Shown here: positions 8,873-19,600 of the stretch, one piece after another
Position numbering within the stretch: the first letter of the stretch is position 1
Layout: every line of letters begins with the position of its first letter
From: Verrucomicrobiota bacterium
Lineage (GTDB): Bacteria; Verrucomicrobiota; Verrucomicrobiia; Limisphaerales; Palsa-1400
Assembly (NCBI GenBank): GCA_049510745.1
Contig: JBEKYR010000008.1
Coordinates: 64,001-128,000, forward strand
Reading direction: 5' to 3'
Length of the DNA: 64,000 nt
Made by a program: the position numbers and the translations under genes
The notes under the pieces: generated by a model
What the model saw: the letters and a program-made list of their open reading frames with translations, nothing else
Told to the model about the DNA's origin: nothing
The model's database searches: none

Positions 8873-10339
8873 ATGAGATTGTTTGCAGTGCTGGCGCTGT
8901 CTCTGGTTTGCGCACTCGCGGCCCGCGCGGCCGGACCGGATGAACAGTATCTGGATATTTACAACGAGATTCTACAGGCCGACAGCCTCCAGCAAAACGG
9001 AAGATCGGCCCTCGCCGCCGAGAAATACGCCGAGGCCCAATCCACTCTGCAAAAGCTCCAGACGGATTACCCGCGCTGGAACCCGGACATCGTCCATTTC
9101 CGGCTCGATTACCTGGCCGAACGATTGCAGGAGCTGGCGAAGTTTGCGCCGCCTTCCAGTGCTCACGCGCCGGCCGCCCTCGCTCCCACCAACCTGCCGG
9201 CCGCCACGGCGCAGCAGGAGATTGCGGTTTTGCAGGAGCAACTTCGCGCTTTGACCGCGGCCAACGGCGAGTTGGAGAACAAACTCAAAGAGGCCCTTTC
9301 CGTCCAGCCCGCCGCTGTCAGCCCCCGCGAACTCATCAAAGCCGGCGAAAGAATTGTCGAGTTGGAAAAGGAGTGCGATTTGCTCAAGACCGATCTGGAG
9401 CAGGCCAAAGCCTCCAAGGCCGCATCCGGCGCGCCCGCCGAGGCGAAAGCCCTCGCCGCCGAGCGCGACAAATTAAAGGAGGAATTGGCGGCGCGAACGA
9501 AGGAGTTGGCCGATGCCAAGGCGCGTGGCAAGGCGGACTTGCTGGCGGCGCGCGCCGCCCTCAAAGATGCCCAGCGGGAGAGGGACGAATTGGCGAAGAA
9601 ACTGGCGGCCACCCAGCCCGGCGGGGACAACTCGAAGTCACGCGCCCCGTCACCCGTTGAGCCGGTCAAACCGGTGGCGCCGGCCAATCCGCCCCCACCG
9701 AACGACCCTCCCGCGCCCGCCGCGCCAGCCACGAACGCCGCGCCGGCACACGTCATTCACACCAGCAAGGATTTGCCGCCTGGCGCCGGCCCGTTGATGG
9801 CCGATGCCATGCGCGCCTCGATGGAGCGGGATTTCGCCAGAGCCGAGCAGAAGTACCAGGAGATCCTGCGCCAGGATGAGAACAATGTTTATGTTTTGGC
9901 CCACCTGGCCAACGCGCAGTTTGCCGGGGGCCACCTGGACCAGTGTGAGAAAACCGTGCTCAAGGCGCTGGCTTTGGACGCGGACGACGCGGCCAGTTTG
10001 TACTTGCTCGGCATCCTGCGCTATCGCCAGGAAAAACTGGACGCCGCTCTGGATGCCCTCAACCGCTCCGCCAAGTTCAATCCCACCAACGCCGGCACGC
10101 AGAATTACCTCGGCTGCGTCCTGGCCGACAAAGGATTGCGCTCCGCCGCCGAATCCGCGCTGCGCAAGGCGCTGCAACTGGACCCCGACTACGCCGACGC
10201 GCATTACAATCTGGCCCTTGTCTATGCGGGCGAGCAACCGCCCTCGCCGTCACTGGCCCGCTGGCATTACGACCGGGCGGTGACCCTGGGCCACGCCAGG
10301 AATCCCGATTTCGAAAAAACCCTCCCGGCCGCGAAATAA
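8873..10339 (+). CDS. Secreted coiled-coil and tetratricopeptide-repeat protein
   Basis: Signal peptide, coiled coil, C-terminal TPRs (YADAHYNLA). Confidence 0.85.
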   Translation: MRLFAVLALSLVCALAARAAGPDEQYLDIYNEILQADSLQQNGRSALAAEKYAEAQSTLQKLQTDYPRWNPDIVHFRLDYLAERLQELAKFAPPSSAHAPAALAPTNLPAATAQQEIAVLQEQLRALTAANGELENKLKEALSVQPAAVSPRELIKAGERIVELEKECDLLKTDLEQAKASKAASGAPAEAKALAAERDKLKEELAARTKELADAKARGKADLLAARAALKDAQRERDELAKKLAATQPGGDNSKSRAPSPVEPVKPVAPANPPPPNDPPAPAAPATNAAPAHVIHTSKDLPPGAGPLMADAMRASMERDFARAEQKYQEILRQDENNVYVLAHLANAQFAGGHLDQCEKTVLKALALDADDAASLYLLGILRYRQEKLDAALDALNRSAKFNPTNAGTQNYLGCVLADKGLRSAAESALRKALQLDPDYADAHYNLALVYAGEQPPSPSLARWHYDRAVTLGHARNPDFEKTLPAAK

Positions 10340-10365
10340 TCTCAACCTCCCAAATTGTTTCACCT

Positions 10366-10809
10366 ATGAATGCACCTGACCTGACACAACGTCCGCCGCG
10401 CAGCCCGCGCGTGCGCCTGGGCGGCTACGCCATTTTGCCGAGAATGCTTGACAAAGGGCGGGCCACCGTTGCCGGCAAAAACGGCGAGTTTCACTACAAC
10501 TGCCCGCTCGACCAGCAATTCCTCAACTTCGCCGGCATTGACGCCGCCAATCTGAAAAAACAACTGGCCCAGGGCAAGGGCGACGGCCAAATCCTGGAGT
10601 GGATCGAGAAGAACGCCAAATTCAAACGGTCGCCGCTGGAAATTGCCGCCTGGTCGAAGTTCCAGGACCGGCGGGCGCCCACCGACGTTGAATCGCGCCA
10701 GTTCTTCCAGGAGTACCATACCAAACTCGCCCCCGGCCGAAACGACGTGGGGACGTGGTTTGACATACTTGACATCGACGACCACGTGACCTTCGGCGGC
10801 AAGGCCTGA
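10366..10809 (+). CDS. DUF5069 family protein
   Basis: DL..RPPRSPR..LGGY..LPRMLDK.RA and YNCPLD. Confidence 0.8.
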   Translation: MNAPDLTQRPPRSPRVRLGGYAILPRMLDKGRATVAGKNGEFHYNCPLDQQFLNFAGIDAANLKKQLAQGKGDGQILEWIEKNAKFKRSPLEIAAWSKFQDRRAPTDVESRQFFQEYHTKLAPGRNDVGTWFDILDIDDHVTFGGKA

Positions 10810-10815
10810 CGCGCC

Positions 10816-11121
10816 TCAACCGCCCTGGGCTGCCAGCCGCGCCAGGCACTCGAAAGAGAAGATGCCGGCGGCATGACCATCGGCCCAAACGGGCTGGATG
10901 CCGTAACCGCCCACCGGCGTGAAGCGGGTCATTTGAAACGAGCGGGGCGTCAGCGCAACCTCCGGCCCCTTGTGCAGATGGCCCATGACGTCGGTTTCCC
11001 CCATGCAGCCGGCGCACGGGCAAGCCCGCCGCAGTCTTTCCAGGGCAATGAAGCTTTCCCGGCCATCTTCCCATTTGATGGCCAATTCCGTTCCAATGAG
11101 TTGCAAGTCCGCCGGACGCAT
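10816..11121 (-). CDS. DUF971 / GBBH-like N-terminal domain protein
   Basis: LRRACPCAGC, VGGYG...WADGH..GIF; start at MRPADL. Confidence 0.85.
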   Translation of the reverse strand: MRPADLQLIGTELAIKWEDGRESFIALERLRRACPCAGCMGETDVMGHLHKGPEVALTPRSFQMTRFTPVGGYGIQPVWADGHAAGIFSFECLARLAAQGG

Positions 11122-11213
11122 CAGGCAGTTTAGGCCAGGCGGCTGGCGAAAGAAACCGAAAAACAGCCGTTCCTCGCCCGAGTGCGCTTTGAATCCCAAT
11201 CCCAAGAAGTCGC

Positions 11214-11241
11214 TTGACAAAAGGTTAGTATTCACTAACTT
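11214..11241 (+). promoter_or_regulatory. Promoter with overlapping TetR-type operator
   Basis: TTGACA-N16-TAACTT with palindrome GTTAGT-ATTC-ACTAAC (11224-11239); related site ATGGTTAGTAAATGTTCACCAT at 11952-11973. Confidence 0.7.
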
Positions 11242-11247
11242 GGCGGC

Positions 11248-11952
11248 GTGACAAAAAAAACGCGGCTCTCGGCGCAAGAGCGGAAGGCGGCCATCGTCCA
11301 AGCCGCGCTGCCGCTCTTTGCCCGCCAGGGCTACGCGGAAACGACTACCAAGGACCTCGCCCGCGCCGCCGGAGTTTCGGAACCGCTGCTCTACAAGCAT
11401 TTTCCGAGCAAGGAGGCACTTTACCTCGAGATCCAGAACCTCTGCTGCCAGGGAAATGATCCCGCCACCCGCAAATTCATCCACTTGATCACCGAGTTGG
11501 AGCCGTCCGCCTCGACCCTGGTCCATCTGGTCTATTATCTGGTTTGCGTCCAGGTGCTGGGCAAACCCGCCGGCTCTGTCGAGTGGGAGACCTGGCAGCG
11601 CCTGATGTTGAAAAGCTTCCTCGAAGACGGCGCATTCGCCCGCACCATGTATCAAAACAGGTTTGATTATTTCTGCGCCCGCATCGAGGCGTGCATCGAC
11701 GCGGCCATCGCGGCCGGAGAGGCGGTCCAGACGCCGTTGTCCCCCGGAAACCGCGCCCGCTTCGGGCATCATCTGGCCGCCTGGCTCGCGGTGGTTCATT
11801 TGCCGCCGAAGCCCGCCATCAATTACAAGGTTTCCCGCGAGGAACTCATTCACCAGGCGGTCTGGTTCATTCTGCGCGGCATGGGCATGACACGCAAAGC
11901 CATCGCCACTTATTTCAATCCCAAGGCGCTGAGCCTGTTTTTCAACGCCTGA
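11248..11952 (+). CDS. TetR/AcrR family transcriptional regulator
   Basis: HTH LFARQGY..TT..LARAAGVSE.LLYKHFPSKEAL. Confidence 0.93.
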   Translation: MTKKTRLSAQERKAAIVQAALPLFARQGYAETTTKDLARAAGVSEPLLYKHFPSKEALYLEIQNLCCQGNDPATRKFIHLITELEPSASTLVHLVYYLVCVQVLGKPAGSVEWETWQRLMLKSFLEDGAFARTMYQNRFDYFCARIEACIDAAIAAGEAVQTPLSPGNRARFGHHLAAWLAVVHLPPKPAINYKVSREELIHQAVWFILRGMGMTRKAIATYFNPKALSLFFNA

Positions 11953-11962
11953 TGGTTAGTAA

Positions 11963-13228
11963 ATGTTCACCATGTGGAAAATTGTGAAAACTCGATTTGT
12001 TCCGGCCGCGCCGGCGGCGGCCCGATTGGATCATCCTGATGTTTTTATCAGATGGAAGACGTTCCTGGCGGCACTTTTTTGCGGGCTGTCCATGACCGCC
12101 TGCAACCGCCAGGCCCAAGCTCCACCGGCCCCCGTGCCGGAAGTGGCGACGGTTACGGTGGCCCGGCAACGGGTGGCGCTGGCGACCGAACTGCCGGGGC
12201 GCACCGCGCCGTACCGCATGGCCGAGATCCGCCCGCAGGTCAACGGCCTCATCCAGAAACGCCTCTTTACCGAAGGTTCGGATGTCCAGGCCGGCCAGGC
12301 GCTTTACCAGATTGATCCGGCGCCCTTCCAGGCGGCGCTCGACAATGCCAGGGCCGCCCTTGGCCGGGCTGAAGCCAATCTGCCTGCCCTTCAATTGAGG
12401 GCGGATCGCTACAAGGAAGCCCTGGCCGACAAAGCGGTTGCCCAGCAGGACCTGGATGATGCCACAGCCGCCTTGAAACAGGCCGAAGCTGATATTGCGT
12501 ATTACCAGGCGATGGTGGAGACGGCCCGCATCAACCTTGGATACACGCGGGTGGTCTCACCGATCACCGGCCGGATTGGAAGGTCCTCGGTGACGGATGG
12601 CGCCATCGCGACGGCTTATCAACCCACGGCCCTGGCCACTATTCAGCAACTGGACCCCATTTATGTGGATGTGCCCCAATCCACCACGGAACTGCTCCGG
12701 TTGCAGCGCCGCTTGGAGGAAAGGCGGATGAACCGTGACGGGACAAACGCGAACCAAGTGGAACTCATCCTCGATGACGCCACCAAATATCCCTTGGAGG
12801 GGACCCTTCAGTTCCGCGACGTCTCGGTGGATCCGACAACCGCCTCTGTGATCTTGCGGATGGTGTTCCCCAATCCGAACGGAGTTCTCCTGCCGGGCAT
12901 GTTCGTTCGCGCGGTGGTGAAAGAAGGGGTCAATGAGCAGGGCATTTTGATTCCGCAGCAAGCCGTGTCTCGCGATCCAAAGGGCAATCCAGTGGCATTG
13001 ATTGTGAACGCTTCCGGCAAAGTTGAGCAACGGATGCTCAGTCTTGACCGGGCCATTGGCGACCAATGGCTCGTCTCCTCGGGCCTTTCGCCCGGCGACC
13101 GGGTCATCGCCGAGGGCATGCAAAGAGTCCAACCCGGCGCTTTGGTCAAAGAGGTCCCCTTTGATGACGGTCGGAAACCGGAGACAAAACCAGGGAACAT
13201 GGCCCAGCCAGCCTCGACCTCGAATTGA
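11963..13228 (+). CDS. RND efflux periplasmic adaptor (AcrA/MexA-like)
   Basis: Lipobox-like MTAC, AEIRPQVNG, LYQIDP, SPITGRIGRS; start uncertain. Confidence 0.93.
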   Translation: MFTMWKIVKTRFVPAAPAAARLDHPDVFIRWKTFLAALFCGLSMTACNRQAQAPPAPVPEVATVTVARQRVALATELPGRTAPYRMAEIRPQVNGLIQKRLFTEGSDVQAGQALYQIDPAPFQAALDNARAALGRAEANLPALQLRADRYKEALADKAVAQQDLDDATAALKQAEADIAYYQAMVETARINLGYTRVVSPITGRIGRSSVTDGAIATAYQPTALATIQQLDPIYVDVPQSTTELLRLQRRLEERRMNRDGTNANQVELILDDATKYPLEGTLQFRDVSVDPTTASVILRMVFPNPNGVLLPGMFVRAVVKEGVNEQGILIPQQAVSRDPKGNPVALIVNASGKVEQRMLSLDRAIGDQWLVSSGLSPGDRVIAEGMQRVQPGALVKEVPFDDGRKPETKPGNMAQPASTSN

Positions 13229-13240
13229 CGGAGGCCCGCC

Positions 13241-16200
13241 ATGTTATCGAGGTTTTTCCTGAAGCGTCCGGTCTTCGCCTGGGTCATCGCCATCATCCTG
13301 ATGGTGGCGGGTGGCTTGGCGATTTTCAGTCTGCCCATCTCGCAGTATCCGCCCATCGCTCCCCCTTCCATCGCCATCACCGCGTTTTATCCGGGTGCCT
13401 CGGCGGAGACGGTTGAAAACAGCGTGACGCAGATTATCGAGCAGAAGATGTCCGGCTTCGACATGATGCTGTACTTGTCCGCCACCAGCGATTCGTCCGG
13501 CAATGCCCGTGTTGAGCTGACGTTTGCTCCCGGCACCGATCCGGACCTGGCCTGGGCCCAGGTGCAGAACAAGCTCCAGCTCGCCACGGCCAGCCTGCCG
13601 GAGGTGGTACAGCGCCAAGGCGTGATGGTGAGCAAATCGACTCGAAACTACCTGTTGGTCGTCGGCCTGATCTCGGAAGACGGGAGCATGGATGGGAATG
13701 ACTTGCGGGACTATGCCCAGTCCAGCTTGGAGAAGGTGCTTTCGCGGGTGCCGGGGGTGGGTGAAGTGGACGAATTCGGCAGCCAGTATTCGATGCGCAT
13801 CTGGCTCAATCCGGACAAGCTGACCGAGTATAACATGACGATTCAGGATGTGACCGCAGCGCTGCAAGCCTACAACGTGGAAGTGTCCGCAGGGCAGTTC
13901 GGCGGAGCGCCGGCGGAGAAAGGCCAGCGCCTGAACGCCTCCATCATTGTCCAAAGCCTGCTCAAGACACCCGAGGAGTTTGCCTCCATCCCAATCCGCA
14001 CGAATCCCGATGGCTCCCGGGTGCGGATCAAGGATGTGGGACGGACGGAACTGGGGACTGAATCCTACGATGTCGAAGTCTTTCACAATGGCAAGCCCGC
14101 CGCCGGCATGGCCATCCGGCAGGCCGCCGGCGCCAACGCCTTGGACACGGCCAATGCCATCAGGGCCAAGCTGGTAGAGATGAGCCACTACTTTCCCCCC
14201 GGCATGAAGGTCGTTTATCCCTATGACACCACGCCCTTTGTCAGGGTGGCCATCGGCGAGGTGGTCAAGACTCTGTTCGAGGCGGTCGCGCTGGTTTTCC
14301 TGGTGATGTATCTGTTTATGGGAACCATGCGGGCCACGTTGATTCCGACCATCGCTGTGCCCGTGGTGCTCCTCGGAACTTTCGCGGTCTTGGGGCTTCT
14401 CGGCTTTTCCATCAACATGCTCACCATGTTCGCCATGGTGCTGGCCATCGGCCTTCTGGTGGACGATGCCATTGTCGTTGTGGAAAACGTGGAGCGCATC
14501 ATGAGCGAGGAAGGGCTTTCACCGTTGGAGGCCACTCGGAAGTCCATGGACCAAATCACCAGCGCCTTGATCGGCATCGGCCTGGTGCTCTCGGCCGTCT
14601 TCGGCCCCATGGCGTTTTTTAAAGGCTCCACCGGGGTCATTTACCGTCAGTTTTCCGTAACCATCATCGCTTCCATGCTTCTTTCGGTCGTCGTAGCCCT
14701 GGTCTTGACTCCGGTGCTGTGCGCCTCGTTTCTCAAGCCGGTGGCCAAGGGGCACGAAGCGGCTGAAGGGGGAGTCTGGTTTCTGCGGCCGTTCTTTCTA
14801 GGGTTCGACCGCGTCTTTTTTCGGACCAGAGACCGCTATCTGCAACTGGTGGGCCGGTCCCTTTTCAAGAAGGTCCGCTATGTGGTCATTTTCCTGCTGA
14901 TCGTGGTGGCCATGGGATTTCTCTTCAGGCGGATGCCCACGGCTTATCTCCCAGACGAAGACCAGGGAATCCTGATCGTGCAGGCCATGCTCCCGGCGAA
15001 CTCGACGCTGGAGCAGACCGAAACGGTGATGGATGGAGTCAATGACTATTTTCTCAACCATGAGAAAGACGCGGTTGAATCCTGCCTGACGGTCTCCGGG
15101 ATGAACCTCTCCGGCCAGGGACAGAATGGGGGCATGGCCTTCGTCAAACTGAAGGATTGGAATCTGCGCGAACGCGCGGATCTGAAAGTGGATGCCGTGG
15201 TCGGACGAGCCATGGGGAAATTTTCCCAGATCCGCAACGCCATGGTGTTTGCCTTCGCGCCGCCGGCGGTGGTGGAACTGGGCATCGCCAAGGGGTTTGA
15301 TTTTCAGTTGCTGGATCGCGGCGGTCTGGGCCACGCCCAACTGGTGGCCGCCCGCAACCAACTCCTGGGCATGGCGGCACAGGACCCGGTATTGGCCAAG
15401 GTTCGGCCCAATGGTTTTGAAGATGTCCCCGAGTATCGGGTGGACGTGGACTGGGAGAAGGCTGGCGCGATGGGGGTGCCGATCAGCGACATTCACAACA
15501 CGATCTCGACCGCCTTCGGCAGTGCGTATGTCAATGACTTCATCCAAGGCGGCCGTGTCAAGAGGGTATTTGTCCAAGCCGACGCCCCCTACCGCATGTT
15601 GCCCAAAGACCTGGAAAAACTTTACGTGCGCAACAACGTCGGCAGGATGGTTCCCTTTTCTTCCTTTGCCTCCGGGCACTGGACTTCCGGCTCTCCGAGG
15701 CTGGAGCGATTCAACAGCTTTCCGTCCATAAACATTTTGGGCGAGTCGGCGCCGGGGAGGAGTTCCGGAGAGGCCATGCAAGCCATGGAAGGATTCGTCA
15801 AAAAGTTGCCGCGGGGCGCCGGTTTTGACTGGAACGGGCTTTCCTACCAGGAACGACAAGCCGGTTCCCAGACGGCTCCCATTTACGCCTTTTCCATCCT
15901 TGTGATCTTCCTTTGCCTGGCAGCCCTGTATGAGAGTTGGCCGATTCCCATTTCGATCCTCCTGGCCCTGCCCCTGGGAGCCATTGGCGGCGTGATCGCC
16001 TCGTCGCTCCGGGGATTGCCCAATGACATCTATTTCCAGATCGGGCTGTTGACCACCCTTGGCCTGACGACCAAGAACGCCATCCTGATCGTGCAGTTTG
16101 CCAAGTCACGAGTAGATGAAGGGATGGGACTGATCGAGGCGACTCTGGAAGCCGCCAAACTGAGGTTGCGTCCTATTATCATGACCTCGCTGGCGTTCGG

Positions 16201-16414
16201 GTTCGGGGTCCTGCCGCTGGCCTTGGCAGGGGGGGCGGGTTCAGGCGCTCAAAAGGCCATCGGCACCGCCGTGCTGGGCGGAGTGGTCACCTCCACCTTC
16301 CTGGTCACCCTGTTTGCGCCGCTGTTCTATGTGTTAATCCAGAAGAACTTTGGCAAACGCCGTCAGCCTCCGGCGGCGGCGAATGCCGGGGCCGCTCCCT
16401 CCAGCGATCATTGA
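13241..16414 (+). CDS. HAE1 RND efflux transporter (AcrB/MexB-like)
   Basis: RPVFAWVIAI, GLLVDDAIVVVENVER, RLRPIIMTSLAF. Confidence 0.97.
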   Translation: MLSRFFLKRPVFAWVIAIILMVAGGLAIFSLPISQYPPIAPPSIAITAFYPGASAETVENSVTQIIEQKMSGFDMMLYLSATSDSSGNARVELTFAPGTDPDLAWAQVQNKLQLATASLPEVVQRQGVMVSKSTRNYLLVVGLISEDGSMDGNDLRDYAQSSLEKVLSRVPGVGEVDEFGSQYSMRIWLNPDKLTEYNMTIQDVTAALQAYNVEVSAGQFGGAPAEKGQRLNASIIVQSLLKTPEEFASIPIRTNPDGSRVRIKDVGRTELGTESYDVEVFHNGKPAAGMAIRQAAGANALDTANAIRAKLVEMSHYFPPGMKVVYPYDTTPFVRVAIGEVVKTLFEAVALVFLVMYLFMGTMRATLIPTIAVPVVLLGTFAVLGLLGFSINMLTMFAMVLAIGLLVDDAIVVVENVERIMSEEGLSPLEATRKSMDQITSALIGIGLVLSAVFGPMAFFKGSTGVIYRQFSVTIIASMLLSVVVALVLTPVLCASFLKPVAKGHEAAEGGVWFLRPFFLGFDRVFFRTRDRYLQLVGRSLFKKVRYVVIFLLIVVAMGFLFRRMPTAYLPDEDQGILIVQAMLPANSTLEQTETVMDGVNDYFLNHEKDAVESCLTVSGMNLSGQGQNGGMAFVKLKDWNLRERADLKVDAVVGRAMGKFSQIRNAMVFAFAPPAVVELGIAKGFDFQLLDRGGLGHAQLVAARNQLLGMAAQDPVLAKVRPNGFEDVPEYRVDVDWEKAGAMGVPISDIHNTISTAFGSAYVNDFIQGGRVKRVFVQADAPYRMLPKDLEKLYVRNNVGRMVPFSSFASGHWTSGSPRLERFNSFPSINILGESAPGRSSGEAMQAMEGFVKKLPRGAGFDWNGLSYQERQAGSQTAPIYAFSILVIFLCLAALYESWPIPISILLALPLGAIGGVIASSLRGLPNDIYFQIGLLTTLGLTTKNAILIVQFAKSRVDEGMGLIEATLEAAKLRLRPIIMTSLAFGFGVLPLALAGGAGSGAQKAIGTAVLGGVVTSTFLVTLFAPLFYVLIQKNFGKRRQPPAAANAGAAPSSDH

Positions 16415-16415
16415 A

Positions 16416-17849
16416 ATGAATAAGAACCTCTTTCTTCTTCTGCTTGGCCTGGCCATCGTCCCGGCCGGCTGCACGCTGGCTCCGAAATACACCCAGCCCA
16501 AAGCGCCGGTCCCCGCCGACTGGCCCACGGGCACAGCGTACCAGCGCATCCAGCCGACCAATGCGGAGGAGGCGCGGCCACTGCGCTGGCGGGAATTCTT
16601 CACCGACGAAAAACTGCAACAAATCATCGCGGCGGCCTTGACGAACAACCGCGATCTGCGGATTGCCGCCCTGAATGTGGAGATGGCCCGCGCGCAGTAC
16701 GGCATTCAAAGAGCCGAACTGCTGCCAACGGTCAATGCGACCGGCAGCTTTGCCAAACAACGGATTCCCGCCTATGTCGAGGGCTTCCCGGAACCGATGA
16801 CGATCAAAAGCTACGGTGTCAATCTCGGCGTCGCCTCCTGGGAGATCGACTTCTTCGGCCGCATCCGCAGCCTGAAGGATCACGCGCTGCAGGAGTACCT
16901 GGCGACGGAGCAGGCCCGCCGCAGCGCGCAGATTCTGCTGGTGTCGTCGGTCGCCCGGGCGTATCTGGCGCTGGCGGCGGATCGGGAGAGTCTGGCCGTG
17001 GCGGAAAACACACTGGCGGCGCAGCGGAGCACTTACAACATGGTCAAGCGGCGCCATGACCTGGGCCTTGCGGGAGATTTGGATGTCGAGCGCGCGCAAA
17101 CGCAGGTGGCCGGCGCTCGCCGGGACATCGCCAGCTTCCAACAACTGATCGCGCAGGATGAAAACGCTTTGAACCTTTTGGCCGGCTCACCGGCGCCGGG
17201 CAACCTCCTGCCGGCGGAGTTGGGGCAAGTCACGCCTCCCAAGGAACTCAGCGCGGGCGTGTCCTCCGACGTGCTCTTGCGCCGGCCGGACGTGGTTCAA
17301 GCCGAAGACCTGCTCAAAGCGGCCAACGCCGATATCGGCGCGGCGCGGGCGGCATTTTTCCCGCAAATTTCCCTGACCTCCGCCATTGGCACCGCCAGCA
17401 GCGATCTCTCCGGACTGTTCAAACCCGGCTCAAGCGCGTGGAATTTTGCGCCGCAGATTGTCATGCCGATTTTCGATGCGCGCACGTGGTCGGCGCACAA
17501 GGCCGCCAAAGTGCAATGTGAGATCGCCCTGACCCAGTACGAGAAGGCGATTCAGAGCGCCTTCCGGGAGGTGGCCGACGCCCTTGCCATCCGCGGCACC
17601 GTGGACCAGCAGATCGAGGCGCAACAATCCCTGGTTCAGGCCGTGGCGGAAACGTATCGGTTGTCCAATTCCCGTTACAACATGGGGATCGACAGCTACC
17701 TGAGCGTCCTTGACGCGCAACGGTCCCTCTACGCCGCGCAGCAGGGGCTGGTCTCCCTCCGCCTGGCAAAGCTGGCCAACCGGGTGACGCTTTACGCGGC
17801 GCTCGGCGGCGGCTGGGAGCCGCCGGCCCCGTCTGAAAAACGGAACTGA
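16416..17849 (+). CDS. Efflux outer-membrane lipoprotein (OprM/NodT family)
   Basis: AGCTLAPKY lipobox, RRPDV..AE, LY.ALGGGW. Confidence 0.95.
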   Translation: MNKNLFLLLLGLAIVPAGCTLAPKYTQPKAPVPADWPTGTAYQRIQPTNAEEARPLRWREFFTDEKLQQIIAAALTNNRDLRIAALNVEMARAQYGIQRAELLPTVNATGSFAKQRIPAYVEGFPEPMTIKSYGVNLGVASWEIDFFGRIRSLKDHALQEYLATEQARRSAQILLVSSVARAYLALAADRESLAVAENTLAAQRSTYNMVKRRHDLGLAGDLDVERAQTQVAGARRDIASFQQLIAQDENALNLLAGSPAPGNLLPAELGQVTPPKELSAGVSSDVLLRRPDVVQAEDLLKAANADIGAARAAFFPQISLTSAIGTASSDLSGLFKPGSSAWNFAPQIVMPIFDARTWSAHKAAKVQCEIALTQYEKAIQSAFREVADALAIRGTVDQQIEAQQSLVQAVAETYRLSNSRYNMGIDSYLSVLDAQRSLYAAQQGLVSLRLAKLANRVTLYAALGGGWEPPAPSEKRN

Positions 17850-17961
17850 GCGTATTACCCATACTAATTATCATTTTAAGACGCGCTCTTATGGCATGGC
17901 GGGGCCGCCGGAGACAGGCACAAACCTTGAATTCACGGCGGATTCTGGTTAAATCGCGGGC

Positions 17962-19032
17962 ATGTCTTCACGGATGGGAAGCCCTTATGAGGCCGGCGTC
18001 AAACCGGCCCGCCGCCAGTTCGCCAGCGACAACTACGCCGGGATTTGTCCCGAAGCGTGGGCGGCGATGGAACAAGCCAATCACGGCCATGCCGCCGCCT
18101 ACGGGAACGACTCGTGGACGCAAGAGGCCGCGGACCTGATCCGCGACATCTTTGAAACCCGCTGCGAAGTGTTTTTCGTCTTCAACGGCACGGCCGCCAA
18201 CTCGCTTTCGCTGGCGTCGTTGTGCCAATCCTATCACAGCATCATCTGCCACGAGTTGGCGCACGTCGAAACCGACGAGTGCGGCGCGCCCGAGTTTTTT
18301 TCCAACGGCACAAAGGTGCTCACCGTCGGCGGCGCCGGGGGCAAAATGACGCCCGACGCCATCCAACGCATCGTCGAGCGGCGGTCCGATATTCATTATC
18401 CCAAGCCGCGCGCCGTGAGCCTGACGCAGGCGACGGAAGTCGGCACGGTTTATTCGGCGGATGAACTCAAAGCCATTTGGGCGGTCGCCAAGTCGCTCGG
18501 CTTGCGCATCCACATGGATGGCGCGCGCTTTGCCAATGCCGTCGTCTCGCTCGGTGTCAAGCCGAAGGAAATCACGTGGCAGGCGGGGGTGGACGTGCTC
18601 TGCTTTGGCGGGAGCAAGAACGGGGTGGGCATCGGCGACGCGGTGGTGTTTTTCGACGTGAAGCTGGCCGAGGAGTTCGCCTACCGCTGCAAACAGGCGG
18701 GACAGCTTGCCTCGAAAATGCGCTACCTGTCCGCGCCGTGGCTGGGACTGTTGCGGGAGGGGGCCTGGCTGCGGCACGCCGCGCACGCCAACCGCATGGC
18801 CGCCCGGCTCGAAGCCGGCCTGCGCCGGAGCGCCGGGGTCAAATTCCTTTTTCCGCGCCAGGCCAACGCCGTCTTTGCCGAAATCCCCCCCGCCGCCGTG
18901 GATGGCATGTGGAAAAAGGGCTGGCTGTTTTACACGTTCATCGGGAGCGGCGGCTGCCGGCTGATGTGCGCCTGGGACACCACGGAGGCCGACGTGGACG
19001 CCTTTCTCGGCGACTTGAATTCGGTATTGTGA
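17962..19032 (+). CDS. ltaE: Low-specificity L-threonine aldolase
   Basis: FASDNYAG, HMDGARFANA, FGGSKNG PLP lysine. Confidence 0.9.
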   Translation: MSSRMGSPYEAGVKPARRQFASDNYAGICPEAWAAMEQANHGHAAAYGNDSWTQEAADLIRDIFETRCEVFFVFNGTAANSLSLASLCQSYHSIICHELAHVETDECGAPEFFSNGTKVLTVGGAGGKMTPDAIQRIVERRSDIHYPKPRAVSLTQATEVGTVYSADELKAIWAVAKSLGLRIHMDGARFANAVVSLGVKPKEITWQAGVDVLCFGGSKNGVGIGDAVVFFDVKLAEEFAYRCKQAGQLASKMRYLSAPWLGLLREGAWLRHAAHANRMAARLEAGLRRSAGVKFLFPRQANAVFAEIPPAAVDGMWKKGWLFYTFIGSGGCRLMCAWDTTEADVDAFLGDLNSVL

Positions 19033-19094
19033 GTTTTGCGGTTTGCCGCCGCGATGGGGCCGGATGTGGTCAAATTTAGCCATCGGCGAGTGGT

Positions 19095-19190
19095 GGATAC
19101 CCCACCCCCCCCTGTTGTTTGGGGTTTGATTTGGTTTGATTTAGTTTGATTTGGTTTGATTTTCGCTTGATTTGCCTTGACCGAAATCTG
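19095..19190 (-). repeat. Orphan 10-bp array (TTTGATTTRG) with C-tract, like the tail of the Gp27-like gene at 50311-50375
   Basis: CCCCCCCCTGTTGTTTGGGGTTTGATTTGGTTTGATTTAGTTTGAT versus CCCCCCTTGTCGTGGGGTCTGATTTAGTTTGATTTAGT. Confidence 0.8.
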
Positions 19191-19345
19191 CCGGAGGGGC
19201 CGGACGGGCAGAATCTGCCGGTGGACCGCCGGCCCGGATGCAAGCCGCCGGGTTGGCAGCGGATCGGCTGGAGCCGGACCGCGTCCTCCCCCATGTGATG
19301 ATTCCAGTTTTCATCGATGGATGTGATACCACAGGATAATGGAGT

Positions 19346-19600
19346 TTGGCAAGAACTTTTTCAGGAAAAGAGGATTTAACCGCATCCTCCTTCGCTGAAG
19401 CTATGGAGGACGGGGAGAGCGCAGCGCGGCCACTCAGCGCGTCGCTTATCAAGTATCTGGCCGATAAAAAAGCCGGCAAAGGCGTCTATCACGAGGCGTC
19501 TTGTCCGATGGCCGAGGCCAGTTGGCTGCAAATGAGCAAGGACATCCGAAACCCCTACATGGGCAAGGAAATGGCCGACTGCGGCGAGCTGAAGAATCAG
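19346..19600 (+). pseudogene. DUF3347-like C-terminal remnant
   Basis: CPMA.ASWLQ....IRNPYMG..M..CG motif with no intact N-terminus or signal peptide. Confidence 0.6.

Noticed and set aside
10816..11853. 345-aa minus-strand ORF
   Set aside because: Only the last ~100 aa (DUF971) look real; the rest is antisense to tetR.
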